Source of the DNA: an uncultured Candidatus Rokubacteria bacterium
GTDB taxonomy: Bacteria > Methylomirabilota > Methylomirabilia > Rokubacteriales > CSP1-6
NCBI GenBank assembly: GCA_963754315.1
Contig: CAVWFS010000014.1
Span: 64,001-128,000 of the forward strand
Reading direction: 5' to 3'
DNA length: 64,000 bases
The position numbers were made by a program, and so were the translations under genes. The notes under the pieces are model-generated. The model did not search any database, was not told the DNA's origin, and was given only the letters and a program-made list of their open reading frames with translations. Positions 30,618-39,819 of the stretch are shown here, one piece after another (within the stretch, counting starts at the first letter, position 1; each line of letters opens with the position of its first letter).

Positions 30618-31187
30618 ATGCGGCCCAGAAAGCACGCCGTCGGCCTGGTAGCCGGACTCGGTCTCATGCTTGCTCTGGCCGCGTCGGCCGAGGCCAGCGA
30701 GCATCTGTGGGCACTCCTCAAGACCGGCGGGCAGATCGTGCTGATCCGGCATGCCATTACCACGCCCGGAGTGGGCGATCCGCCTGGCATGCGGCTCGAC
30801 GACTGCAACACCCAGCGCAACCTGACGGACGCCGGCCGGCGCGACGCGCGCCGCCTCGGCGAGGTCTTTCGCGCGCGCGACGTCCCGGTCGATCGTGTGC
30901 TGTCGAGCCCCTGGTGTCGTTGCCTGGAGACAGCCCGCCTGGCGTTTGGTATGGCGGAGTCCTGGCCGCCCTTGAGCAACCTCTTCGGCCGGCCGGAACA
31001 TCGCGCGGAACAGGTGCAGCAGATGCAGGCGCTGGTCGGGCAGCGGCGGACCGGGGGCACGCTCGTCCTCGTGTCGCACGGCTCGACCATCTCCGCGCTG
31101 ACCGGGGTCATGCTGGACACTGCCGAGATGGTGGTGGTGACCCCTCAGGGTGAGGGACAGTTCACGGTCGCCGGCCGGCTGAAATAA
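30618..31187 (+). CDS. secreted histidine phosphatase family protein
   Basis: Signal peptide; LIRHA, QRNL, SSPWCRCLETA, LVSHG. Confidence 0.85.
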   Translation: MRPRKHAVGLVAGLGLMLALAASAEASEHLWALLKTGGQIVLIRHAITTPGVGDPPGMRLDDCNTQRNLTDAGRRDARRLGEVFRARDVPVDRVLSSPWCRCLETARLAFGMAESWPPLSNLFGRPEHRAEQVQQMQALVGQRRTGGTLVLVSHGSTISALTGVMLDTAEMVVVTPQGEGQFTVAGRLK

Positions 31188-31313
31188 TGAGGGCCCCACA
31201 TGGGCGCGCTTCTCGATCCCACCGGGTGGCGACGCCGCCAGCTATAATCCCCGGCACGGCGCCGATACCTCGCGCGCCTCGGCCGGGAAACCCCGACAGG
31301 AAGGAGCCACGTC

Positions 31314-32897
31314 ATGAGCCAGCTGACTCGTCGCCGTTTCGTCACCGGGGGTACCGCCCTCGCCGCCGGCATGGTGGCCGCTCCCTACGTCCACGCTCAA
31401 AAGAAAGGCGGGCTCTTCCGCTTCGTGCCCCACGCCGACCTCAAGATCCTCGACCCGATCTGGACCACCGCGTATATCACCCGCAACCATGGCTACCTGA
31501 TCTACGACACGCTCTTCGCCACCGACGCTGACCTCAAGATCCAGCCGCAGATGGTGGCCACGTTTACGGCTAGCCCCGACAAGCGAAAGTGGTCATTCAC
31601 CCTGCGCGACGGGCTCAAGTTCCATGATGGCCAGCCCGTGACCGCCGAGGACGCGGTGGCTTCCATCAAGCGCTGGGGTGCGCGCGACACGGTGGGGCGG
31701 CTCTTCGTGGCTTCTATCGGCAAGTTCGCGGCCACCGACAAGAAGACGTTCGCGCTTGAGCTCGAGACGCCGTTCGGTCTGGTCCTGGAGGCGCTCGGCA
31801 AGCCCTCGAGCAACGTGCCCTTCATCATGCCCGCACGAGTGGCCGCCACCGACGCCAACGAGCAGGTCAAGGAAGCCATCGGTTCGGGGCCGTACAAGTT
31901 CGTCAAGGACGAGTGGCAGCCCGGCAACAAAGTCGTGTACGTGAAGAACGGCGACTACGTCCCCCGCAAGGAGAAGGCGAGCGGCGCGGCTGGCGGCAAG
32001 CTCGTCCACGTGGATCGGCTCGAGTGGCGCTACATTCCCGACCAGGCGACCGCCAGCTCGGCGCTCGAAGCGGGTGAGGTGGACTACTGGGAGAACATCC
32101 CGCTCGACTTCGTGCCGCGCTTGGAGAAGAACCCCGGTGTCACCGTGTTCGTCACGGACCCGCGCGGCAGTCAAGGCTGCCTCCGGCCGAACCATCTGCA
32201 CCCGCCCTTCAACAACAAGAAGGCGCGGCAAGCGCTCCTGTACATGGTTGACCAGAAGACGTACCTCGAGGCCGTCATCGGCAGCGCCAAGTACTTCCAG
32301 GCGTGCCCGGCCGTGTTCATGTGTGGCGGAACGCCTTTCGAGACAGCCGTGGGTGCGCCGAAGCAGGACCTCGAGCGGGCCCGCCAGCTCCTCAAGGAGT
32401 CGGGCTACGACGGCCGACCCCTCGTGATCCTCGATCCCACGGACTCGCCCTACGCCCACGCTCCGGCCCTGGTGACGGCCGAGCTGCTCCGGAAGATCGG
32501 AGCCACCGTGGACATCCAGGCCATGGACTGGTCCACCATGGTGGCCCGCCGCGCCAAGAAGGAGCCTGTCGGCCAGGGCGGGTGGAACGTTTTCCACACG
32601 TGGGCGACCGGCCTCGACGTGGTCACCCCCGCGGTCAACGCCTGGATCGGCGGAGCCGGCGAGAAGGCGTGGTTCGGCTGGCCCACCATCCCCGAGATGG
32701 AGAAGCTTCGGGCGGAATTCACTCGCACGCCCGAGGCCAGCAAGCAGAAGCAAATCGTCGAGCAGATCCAGAAGCTCACCTACGACGAGGTGCCCTACGT
32801 GCCGTGGGGCCAGTTCGTCGTGCCCAACGCCTTCCGCAAGAACGTGCAGGGCGTGCTTCAGTTCGGGGCCACACTCTTGTGGAACGTCTCGGTCTAG
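31314..32897 (+). CDS. peptide/nickel ABC transporter substrate-binding protein (family 5), Tat signal
   Basis: TRRRF signal; LDPIWT, YDTLF, FTLRDGLKFHDG, IGSGPYKF; TATAAT at 31243. Confidence 0.92.
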   Translation: MSQLTRRRFVTGGTALAAGMVAAPYVHAQKKGGLFRFVPHADLKILDPIWTTAYITRNHGYLIYDTLFATDADLKIQPQMVATFTASPDKRKWSFTLRDGLKFHDGQPVTAEDAVASIKRWGARDTVGRLFVASIGKFAATDKKTFALELETPFGLVLEALGKPSSNVPFIMPARVAATDANEQVKEAIGSGPYKFVKDEWQPGNKVVYVKNGDYVPRKEKASGAAGGKLVHVDRLEWRYIPDQATASSALEAGEVDYWENIPLDFVPRLEKNPGVTVFVTDPRGSQGCLRPNHLHPPFNNKKARQALLYMVDQKTYLEAVIGSAKYFQACPAVFMCGGTPFETAVGAPKQDLERARQLLKESGYDGRPLVILDPTDSPYAHAPALVTAELLRKIGATVDIQAMDWSTMVARRAKKEPVGQGGWNVFHTWATGLDVVTPAVNAWIGGAGEKAWFGWPTIPEMEKLRAEFTRTPEASKQKQIVEQIQKLTYDEVPYVPWGQFVVPNAFRKNVQGVLQFGATLLWNVSV

Positions 32898-32922
32898 GCT
32901 CCCATCCGAGGAGGAGGCCACG

Positions 32923-34515
32923 ATGAACACGCTGACACGTCGTGCATTCGTCGCCGGCACCGCCGCGGTGGGGGCAGTGGCCGCGGGAGTCCCGTACGTC
33001 CACGCTCAGAAGCGGGGGGGAACCCTGCGTTTCGTGGCCCAGGCCGACCTCAAGATTCTCGACCCCGTGTGGACGACGGCCTACATCACCCGCAACCACA
33101 GCTACCTCGTCTACGACACCCTCTTCGCCACCGACGAGAAGCTCCAGGTGAAGCCGCAGATGGTCGAGCGGCACAGCGTGTCCAAGGACGGCATGAAGTA
33201 CACGTTCACCCTGCGCCCCGGTCTCAAGTGGCACGACGGCCAGGCCGTGGTGGCCGAGGACTGCGTGGAGTCGCTCAAGCGCTGGGGCAAGAAGGACCGC
33301 TTCGGTCGGCTCCTGTCCGCCCACACCGCGAAGATCGTGGCCAGCGACAAGCGGACCTTCACCTTGGAGCTGGGGGAGAAATTCGGTCCGGTGCTGGAGG
33401 CCCTCGGCAAGCCATCGAGCAACACGCCATTCATGATGCCGGCGCGGCTGGCCTCCACCTCGCCCGACGAGCAGCTCAAGGAGATCGTCGGCTCCGGCCC
33501 CTTCCGGTTCGTCAAGGACGAGTGGCAGCCCGGTAACCAGGTCGTCTACGTCAAGAACCCCGACTACGCCCCGCGCCAGGAAGCCCCGAGCGGTGCGACC
33601 GGCGGCAAGGTCGTCCACGTGGAGAAGGTCGTCTGGCGCTACATCCCCGACCCGGCTACCGCGGCGGCGGCGCTGGCGGCGGGCGAGGTCGACTGGTGGG
33701 AGATCCCTCCGATCGATTTCATCCCGAAGATCGAGCAGACAGCGGCGCTGACGACGTTCCTGCCCGACCCCGGGGGGACCCAGGGCTGGCTCCGTCCGAA
33801 TCACCTCCAACCGCCCTTCAACAACAAGAAGGCGCGGCAGGCGCTGGTGGCGATGATGGACCAGAACACCTATCTGCAGGCCGGCATCGGCGCGGCCAAG
33901 TACTTTCGTCCCTGCCACTCCGTCTTCGCGTGCAACGGTCCCTACGCCTCTCAGGCGGGGAACGAGATGCTCGTCAAGCAGAACCTCGAGCGTGCCCGGT
34001 CGTTGGTGAAGGAGTCGGGCTACGACGGGCGGCCGGTCACGGTCATCCACGTGACCGACATCGCCTTTCTCAACGGCGCGGCCCTGGTCACCCGGGACCT
34101 CCTCACCCAGGTCGGCTTCAGCGTCGACCTCAAGGCCATGGACTGGTCCACCAACTTGGCCACCCGGGCCCGGAAGGAGCCGCCTGATAAGGGCGGCTGG
34201 AATGTGCTGCACACCTGGTGGATGGCTGCCGACGTCATGCACCCCGCGGTACACTTCGGCGTCTCCGGGGCTGGCCCCGGGGCGTGGTTCGGTTGGCCAG
34301 AAATCCCCCAGCTCGAACGGCTCATCACGGAATGGGTGCGCGCCAGTGATCAGCCTCGGCGCAAGCAGCTTGCCGACGAGATCCAGAAGGTTGCGCTCGA
34401 AGAAGTGGCCTACGTGCCGTGGGGCGAGTGGATGTCGCCCACCGCGCACCGCAAGAACGTGCAGGGCATCCTCAAGTTCATCGCCCCCCTCTTCTGGAAC
34501 GTGCAGATCACCTGA
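32923..34515 (+). CDS. peptide/nickel ABC transporter substrate-binding protein (family 5), Tat signal; paralog of 31314
   Basis: TRRAF signal; same motifs as the upstream paralog. Confidence 0.92.
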   Translation: MNTLTRRAFVAGTAAVGAVAAGVPYVHAQKRGGTLRFVAQADLKILDPVWTTAYITRNHSYLVYDTLFATDEKLQVKPQMVERHSVSKDGMKYTFTLRPGLKWHDGQAVVAEDCVESLKRWGKKDRFGRLLSAHTAKIVASDKRTFTLELGEKFGPVLEALGKPSSNTPFMMPARLASTSPDEQLKEIVGSGPFRFVKDEWQPGNQVVYVKNPDYAPRQEAPSGATGGKVVHVEKVVWRYIPDPATAAAALAAGEVDWWEIPPIDFIPKIEQTAALTTFLPDPGGTQGWLRPNHLQPPFNNKKARQALVAMMDQNTYLQAGIGAAKYFRPCHSVFACNGPYASQAGNEMLVKQNLERARSLVKESGYDGRPVTVIHVTDIAFLNGAALVTRDLLTQVGFSVDLKAMDWSTNLATRARKEPPDKGGWNVLHTWWMAADVMHPAVHFGVSGAGPGAWFGWPEIPQLERLITEWVRASDQPRRKQLADEIQKVALEEVAYVPWGEWMSPTAHRKNVQGILKFIAPLFWNVQIT

Positions 34516-34518
34516 CCG

Positions 34519-35460
34519 ATGCTCGCGGAGATCCTCCGGCGGCTGATGGCCACCATCCCTGTGATGGCGGTGGTGGCCCTCGCCGTCTTTGGCCTCCTGC
34601 ACCTCACGCCGGGCGATCCCGCCGTCATCATTGCGGGTGACTATGCGACCACCGAGGACATCGCGCGCATCCGAACGAAGCTGGGCCTCGACAGGCCCTT
34701 CCTGACCCAGGTCGGCATCTGGCTCGGCCAGGTGTTTCGCGGCGACCTCGGCACCTCCATCTTCTCGGGCCTCCCGGTGACCAAGCTGATCGGCCAGCGG
34801 GCAGAGGTGACGATCGCCCTCACCCTGTACGCCATGCTCATCAGCGTGTTTGTAGGCGTGCCACTGGGAATCGTGGCGGCCTGGAAGCAGGGCTCGTGGC
34901 TCGACCGCGCCGTGATGATCCTCGCCGTCTCCGGCTTCTCCATGCCTGTCTTCTGGCTAGGTTTTCTGCTCGTCTACGTTTTCGCTATCTCCTTTGCTTG
35001 GCTGCCCGTACAGGGCTATGCCCCGCTGTCCGGTGGCCTCGCCGGCACGCTGCGACACCTGACCTTGCCCGCCGTGACCCTCTCCGTCGTCTACATGGCG
35101 CTCATCGCGCGCATGACACGGGCGAGCATGCTCGGCGTCCTCGGCGAGGACTATATCCGCACCGCCTTCGCCAAGGGCCTGGCGCCGCGCGGCGTGCTCG
35201 TGCGCCACGCCCTCAAGAACGCCTCGCTGCCCGTGGTGACGATCATCGGGATCGGATTCGCCCTCCTCATCGGCGGGGCCGTTGTCACCGAGAGCGTGTT
35301 CGCCCTGCCCGGTCTGGGCCGTCTCACTGTCGACGCCATCATCCGGCGCGACTACCCGGTCATTCAGGGAGTGATCCTTCTCGTCTCCGGTGTCTATGTG
35401 ATGATCAACCTCGTCATCGACGTTCTCTACGTGGCCCTCGACCCCCGCATTAGGTACTGA
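34519..35460 (+). CDS. ABC transporter permease (DppB/OppB-like)
   Basis: PGDPA, LGLDRP, GDLGTS, DYIRTAFAKGL, RDYPVIQG, DPRIRY. Confidence 0.92.
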   Translation: MLAEILRRLMATIPVMAVVALAVFGLLHLTPGDPAVIIAGDYATTEDIARIRTKLGLDRPFLTQVGIWLGQVFRGDLGTSIFSGLPVTKLIGQRAEVTIALTLYAMLISVFVGVPLGIVAAWKQGSWLDRAVMILAVSGFSMPVFWLGFLLVYVFAISFAWLPVQGYAPLSGGLAGTLRHLTLPAVTLSVVYMALIARMTRASMLGVLGEDYIRTAFAKGLAPRGVLVRHALKNASLPVVTIIGIGFALLIGGAVVTESVFALPGLGRLTVDAIIRRDYPVIQGVILLVSGVYVMINLVIDVLYVALDPRIRY

Positions 35461-35471
35461 GGCTCGGGCGC

Positions 35472-36356
35472 ATGGCCATCTCCTCGCCGGCCTCGTCGGA
35501 GCTCACGCTTCCGGTGACGGGGGCCCGTGCCAGTGCGGCCGTCCTCCTCCGCCGCGCCCTCACACGTCATCCCACCCTCATCGCGGGCGTGCTCGTGCTG
35601 TTGCTCGTCCTGATCGCTGCCGTCTTCGCCCCGGCGTGGTGGACCGGCGATCCCCAGGCGTTGCGTCCTGCCCAGCGCCTCCGCCCTCCCTCGGCCGAGC
35701 GCTGGTTCGGATCCGATCACTTCGGCCGGGATATCTACACGCGTACCCTCTACGGCACGCGCATCTCTCTCACCGTGGGCAGCGCCGTCTCCCTGCTGAG
35801 TCTCGGCCTCGGGACCAGCCTCGGCCTCGTCATCGCGTTCTACCGGCGCCTGGACGCCGTCTGCATGCGAGTCATGGACGGCATCATGGCCATCCCGGCC
35901 ATTCTGCTGGCGCTCGCCCTGATGGCGCTCATGCGGGCCAGCGTGCGGAACGTGATCATCGCCCTCCTGATTCCCGAGATCCCGCGGGTCGTCCGCGTCG
36001 TGCGCTCGCTCGTTCTCTCCTTGCGCGAGACGGTCATGGTTGAGGGCGCGCGCGCCCTCGGCGTAGGCACGCCGCGTATCCTCGTCCGCTACATCCTGCC
36101 CGCCCTGGTGGCCCCGCTCCTCGTGCAGGCCACGTACATCTGCGCCTCGGCCATGCTCTTCGAGGCCTATCTGTCGTTCCTCGGCGCCGGCACGCCACCC
36201 CACATTCCGTCGTGGGGCAACATCATGGCCGAGGGCCGCGCCTACGTGCAGCTCGCCTTCTGGATCATCCTCTTCCCGGGGCTGTTCCTGGCCCTGACGG
36301 TCCTCTCGGTCAACCTGGTGGGCGACGGGCTCCGCGACCTTCTCAAGGTGCGGTAG
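35472..36356 (+). CDS. ABC transporter permease (DppC/OppC-like)
   Basis: WFGSDHFGRD, GTRISL, LSFLGAG, PSWGNIM, NLVGDGLRD. Confidence 0.92.
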   Translation: MAISSPASSELTLPVTGARASAAVLLRRALTRHPTLIAGVLVLLLVLIAAVFAPAWWTGDPQALRPAQRLRPPSAERWFGSDHFGRDIYTRTLYGTRISLTVGSAVSLLSLGLGTSLGLVIAFYRRLDAVCMRVMDGIMAIPAILLALALMALMRASVRNVIIALLIPEIPRVVRVVRSLVLSLRETVMVEGARALGVGTPRILVRYILPALVAPLLVQATYICASAMLFEAYLSFLGAGTPPHIPSWGNIMAEGRAYVQLAFWIILFPGLFLALTVLSVNLVGDGLRDLLKVR

Positions 36357-36392
36357 TATTTCTCTACTTCGGGCGAGGGAGGAGGCGTTCAT

Positions 36393-37181
36393 ATGATCAT
36401 CCGGAAAGATCCGAGTGGCGCCCTGACCCTGATCGGCCAGACCGATCATTCGCGCTTCGTGGGGCAGTTGGCCGCCCACTGGGGGAATCGGGACTTCGAA
36501 GCCCCGAAGCCCTACGACTCTGTCGTCCGCGCCGCGACGTTCCACGATTACGGCTGGCTCCGTTACGAAACCAGTCCGCTGATCGACGCCCAGAGCGGCG
36601 AGCCCTATCCGTTCCTCCAGGTGCCCATGACCGCTCAGCAACTCGGTGCCTACCAGTGGTCGCTCGACTGGATGGCCGACATCGATCCATACTCCGGGCT
36701 CGTCGTCAGCATGCATCGCACCGGGCTCTGGCAGAGTCGGTACGGAACGATCAAGCACCCCGCGGGACGGTATAACCTCAGCAAACTCAGCCCCGAGGTC
36801 CAGGCGCTCATCACGCACAACGAGGCGTGGCAGCAGCGGCAACGGGCCACGCTGGACGCCAAGGGCGTATGGACGAACTATCGCCTCATGCAGGTGTGGG
36901 ATCTCCTCGGCCTCTACTTCTGCTGTCAGGAGCCCTACGACGACTACATCGAGCCCGTGCCCCAGAGCTACGCCGGCGCCGACGATGAGGGCGTGCGGCT
37001 GACCTTGAAGCCGGTTGCTCCGCGGCGCATCGCTTGTGAGCCGTATCCGTTCGACGTCCGTCCCTGTCGGGTTCAGCTCGCCTTCAGGACCGTCCCCCGC
37101 TCGACCTTCGAGGATGTGGAGACCTTCCGGCGCGCCTGGTTTCAGGCCGAGGTCGGCCTCTTCGAGTTCGAGCTGGTGTAG
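36393..37181 (+). CDS. DUF3891 family protein
   Basis: MIIR..LIGQTDH, HDYGW, DPYSGLVVSMH, WDLLGLYFC, EPYPF; strong GGAGG RBS. Confidence 0.78.
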   Translation: MIIRKDPSGALTLIGQTDHSRFVGQLAAHWGNRDFEAPKPYDSVVRAATFHDYGWLRYETSPLIDAQSGEPYPFLQVPMTAQQLGAYQWSLDWMADIDPYSGLVVSMHRTGLWQSRYGTIKHPAGRYNLSKLSPEVQALITHNEAWQQRQRATLDAKGVWTNYRLMQVWDLLGLYFCCQEPYDDYIEPVPQSYAGADDEGVRLTLKPVAPRRIACEPYPFDVRPCRVQLAFRTVPRSTFEDVETFRRAWFQAEVGLFEFELV

Positions 37182-37187
37182 GAGCTG

Positions 37188-37216
37188 TTGACTCCCAACG
37201 AGCCGAGGCCTACCTT
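37188..37216 (+). promoter_or_regulatory. putative sigma70 promoter
   Basis: TTGACT-17bp-TACCTT upstream of the TPR genes. Confidence 0.5.
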
Positions 37217-37300
37217 TGAGGCCTCAGTTCGCGCATCGGACCCCAGGCGGAGAGTGTGTTCTAGGTTTAGGGAACTGCTCGGAACAAAAGGATGTGTGAT

Positions 37301-38911
37301 ATGAGGCATCCGCTGGCGACCGGGATGTCCGTCCTTGTGGTTGGTCTGCTTATAACCATGGCGCTCGCGACTGGCACCCCGGCGCAAGAGCAGCTCGGTC
37401 AGGTGCAGTTCAAGGTGTCGTGCACGGCCGAGGCGCAGCAGAAATTCAACCGTGCCATGGCCCTCTATCATTCGTTCGCCTGGAAGGCGGCGCAGCCTGC
37501 GTTCACCGAGATCACACAGCTGGATCCCAAGTGCGCCATGGCCTGGTGGGGCCTGGCGATGAACGCGGCCGAGAATCCTTTCGGCTGGCCGGTCGGTATG
37601 AAGCTGGCCGAGGGCGCTGAGGCTATCGAGAAGGCCAAGCAAGTGGGTGCCGGCACCGCTCGCGAGCGCGACTACATCGCCGCCCTCGAGGTTCTCTACC
37701 GTGATCATGCCTCCACGCCGCATCGACCCCGAGCGCTGGCGTACGAGGAGGCGATGGGAAAACTGGCCGAGCGTTACCCGGACGACGTCGAGGCCAGGAT
37801 TCTGTACGCGCTCTCGGTGAGTGGCAACCACGACCTCAACGACAAGACCTTCGCGCGGCCGCTCAAGGCGGCGGGCATGCTGGAGCCGCTTTTCGTTGCG
37901 CTCCCGCAGCACCCCGGCGTGGCGCACTACCTGATCCACAGCTACGACTACCCGCCCATCGCCCAGAAGGGTCTGGTGGCGGCGAAGCGCTACGCCCAGG
38001 TCGCACCCTCGGCGCCGCACGCGCAGCACATGCCTTCACACATCTTCACGCGTGTCGGGGCGTGGGACGACTCGATCGCCGCCAACCAGCGCAGCGTCCA
38101 GGCGGCGGTGGGTGATCCGCGCTACACGGCGCACGGCATGGACTACATGGTCTACGCCTACCTGCAGCTCGCCGATGACACTCGCGCGGCGAAGGTGTTT
38201 GCCGACGCCGGCACCGCCGTCCGTCCAGAGAAGGGCAAGGCGGGGTTTGCGGAGGCGTTCGGGCTGGCGGCGATGCCGGCCCGGCTCACGCTCGAGCGGG
38301 GCCGCTGGGCCGAGGCAGGGAAGATCGAGCTCCCGACCAACCTCTCGGAGGCGGACTGGAAGCGGTACCCGCAGGCGGAGTCGGTGCAGGCTTTCGCGAG
38401 GGCAATCGGTGCCGCGCGGAGCGGTGATCCGGCTGGTGCCCGGCGGGAAATCGAGCGTCTCGGCCAGCTGCAACGCGCGTTGGCCGAGCGGAAGCTGGGT
38501 TACTGGGCGGAGCAGAGTGAAGTCCAGGCGAAGGTGGCGACCGCATGGGCACTGCGGGCGGAAGGCAAGGACGCGCAGGCGCTCGCCGCGCTACGGGCAG
38601 CGGCCGACCACGAAGACCGGACCGAGAAGCACGTCGTGACGCCAGGCCCGATCCTCCCGGCCCGCGAATTGCTCGGTGATCTGCTCCTGGAGTTGAACCT
38701 GCCAGCCGAGGCCGTCGTGCAGTACGAGGCGTCGATCGCCAAAGAGCCGAGCCGCTTTCGCGGAGTGTACGGCGCGGGCCGCGCCGCGGAGCTCGCCGGC
38801 GACCGCGAGAAGGCGCGTAAGCACTATGGCCACCTGATCCATCAGGTCGGCGACGGCGGAGCCGAGCGCCCCGAGCTGCGGCAGGCGAAGGCCTTCATGG
38901 GGGCCCGATAA
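37301..38911 (+). CDS. secreted TPR-repeat protein
   Basis: Signal peptide; LGQVQFKVSC, DPKCAMAWWG, HPGVAHYLIH, APHAQHMPSHIF; start may be 37292. Confidence 0.82.
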   Translation: MRHPLATGMSVLVVGLLITMALATGTPAQEQLGQVQFKVSCTAEAQQKFNRAMALYHSFAWKAAQPAFTEITQLDPKCAMAWWGLAMNAAENPFGWPVGMKLAEGAEAIEKAKQVGAGTARERDYIAALEVLYRDHASTPHRPRALAYEEAMGKLAERYPDDVEARILYALSVSGNHDLNDKTFARPLKAAGMLEPLFVALPQHPGVAHYLIHSYDYPPIAQKGLVAAKRYAQVAPSAPHAQHMPSHIFTRVGAWDDSIAANQRSVQAAVGDPRYTAHGMDYMVYAYLQLADDTRAAKVFADAGTAVRPEKGKAGFAEAFGLAAMPARLTLERGRWAEAGKIELPTNLSEADWKRYPQAESVQAFARAIGAARSGDPAGARREIERLGQLQRALAERKLGYWAEQSEVQAKVATAWALRAEGKDAQALAALRAAADHEDRTEKHVVTPGPILPARELLGDLLLELNLPAEAVVQYEASIAKEPSRFRGVYGAGRAAELAGDREKARKHYGHLIHQVGDGGAERPELRQAKAFMGAR

Positions 38912-38916
38912 CGCGG

Positions 38917-39399
38917 ATGTCGAGGCGTCTCCGCCCCTGGTGGGTGGCCATCGCGCTCGCGACGGCCACCACCGGAGCGGCCCTGGCGCGCGAGGGAGCA
39001 GAAGAGGAAGCCGCCGCGCTCGACCCGAGCTACGCGGCGGCCAAGACCGCGATCAGCGAGCGGCGCTACCCGGAGGCGCTGCGGCTGCTCGGTGAAGCGC
39101 TGGTGCGGAATCCCCAGGACGCGGATACCCACAACCTGCTCGGGTACGCCTATCGGAAGGTCGGTGACCTCGAGCGCGCCTTCCACTACTATTCCGAAGC
39201 ACTGCGCCTGGATCCCGCGCACCGCGGCGCCCACGAATACATCGGCGAGGCCTATCTCATGGCGGGGAATCTCGCCAAGGCCGAGGACCATCTACGCGTG
39301 CTCGATCGTCTATGTCACTCCCCCTGCGAGGAGCGGGACGACCTCCGGAAGGCGATCGACGACTACAAGGCCACGCGCCGGACTGGATCGACGCGATGA
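38917..39399 (+). CDS. small secreted TPR protein
   Basis: Signal peptide; NLLGYAYRK, ALRLDPAHRGAHEYIGEAYL, C..PCEE.DDL. Confidence 0.82.
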   Translation: MSRRLRPWWVAIALATATTGAALAREGAEEEAAALDPSYAAAKTAISERRYPEALRLLGEALVRNPQDADTHNLLGYAYRKVGDLERAFHYYSEALRLDPAHRGAHEYIGEAYLMAGNLAKAEDHLRVLDRLCHSPCEERDDLRKAIDDYKATRRTGSTR

Positions 39400-39574
39400 G
39401 CGGGCTTCACGCCCTGCCGCCCGATCGTCGCCGGGCGAAGGGCTGAGAACGGGCCCCCCGCCTGGAGCTCAGCTGGGACTAGGTCAAATGTTCTGGTTGA
39501 GGAGCGCCCAGAGCTCGACCGACTGCAAATGTCCGAGCGAGTCTGTGCGAGGCGCCCATTCAGCCGATCTGGCT

Positions 39575-39793
39575 TCAGTAGAGGAGAACGTCCGCGGGCA
39601 CGAGTCGGCGCTGGACCGGATCGACGGCCAAGCCGAGCTGCTCGAGCACGGTGAGGCCCAGCAGGGCCGAATCACCTGACTCACCGAACACAACGCGACA
39701 CGGGGCCGCGTCGTCGCTGACCGTCACGACCGCGTCGCCGACGTTCCGCTGCGCTCGCCGGCCATCGGCCAGCACCAAGGAGACCGTTCTCAC
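39575..39793 (-). pseudogene. C-terminal remnant of a clan AA (retropepsin-like) aspartyl protease
   Basis: LADGRR, VVFGE.GD.ALLGLTVLEQLGLAVDPV.RRL; the catalytic DTG N-terminus is absent and an in-frame TAG precedes the fragment. Confidence 0.7.
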
Positions 39794-39819
39794 CTACGTG
39801 GAGGAACGTCAAATAGCTG

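Noticed and set aside
31593..34602. Long antisense ORFs (also 41833-43584, 25586-26986, 40549-41823 and others)
   Set aside because: Shadows of well-supported genes in high-GC DNA with no family motifs
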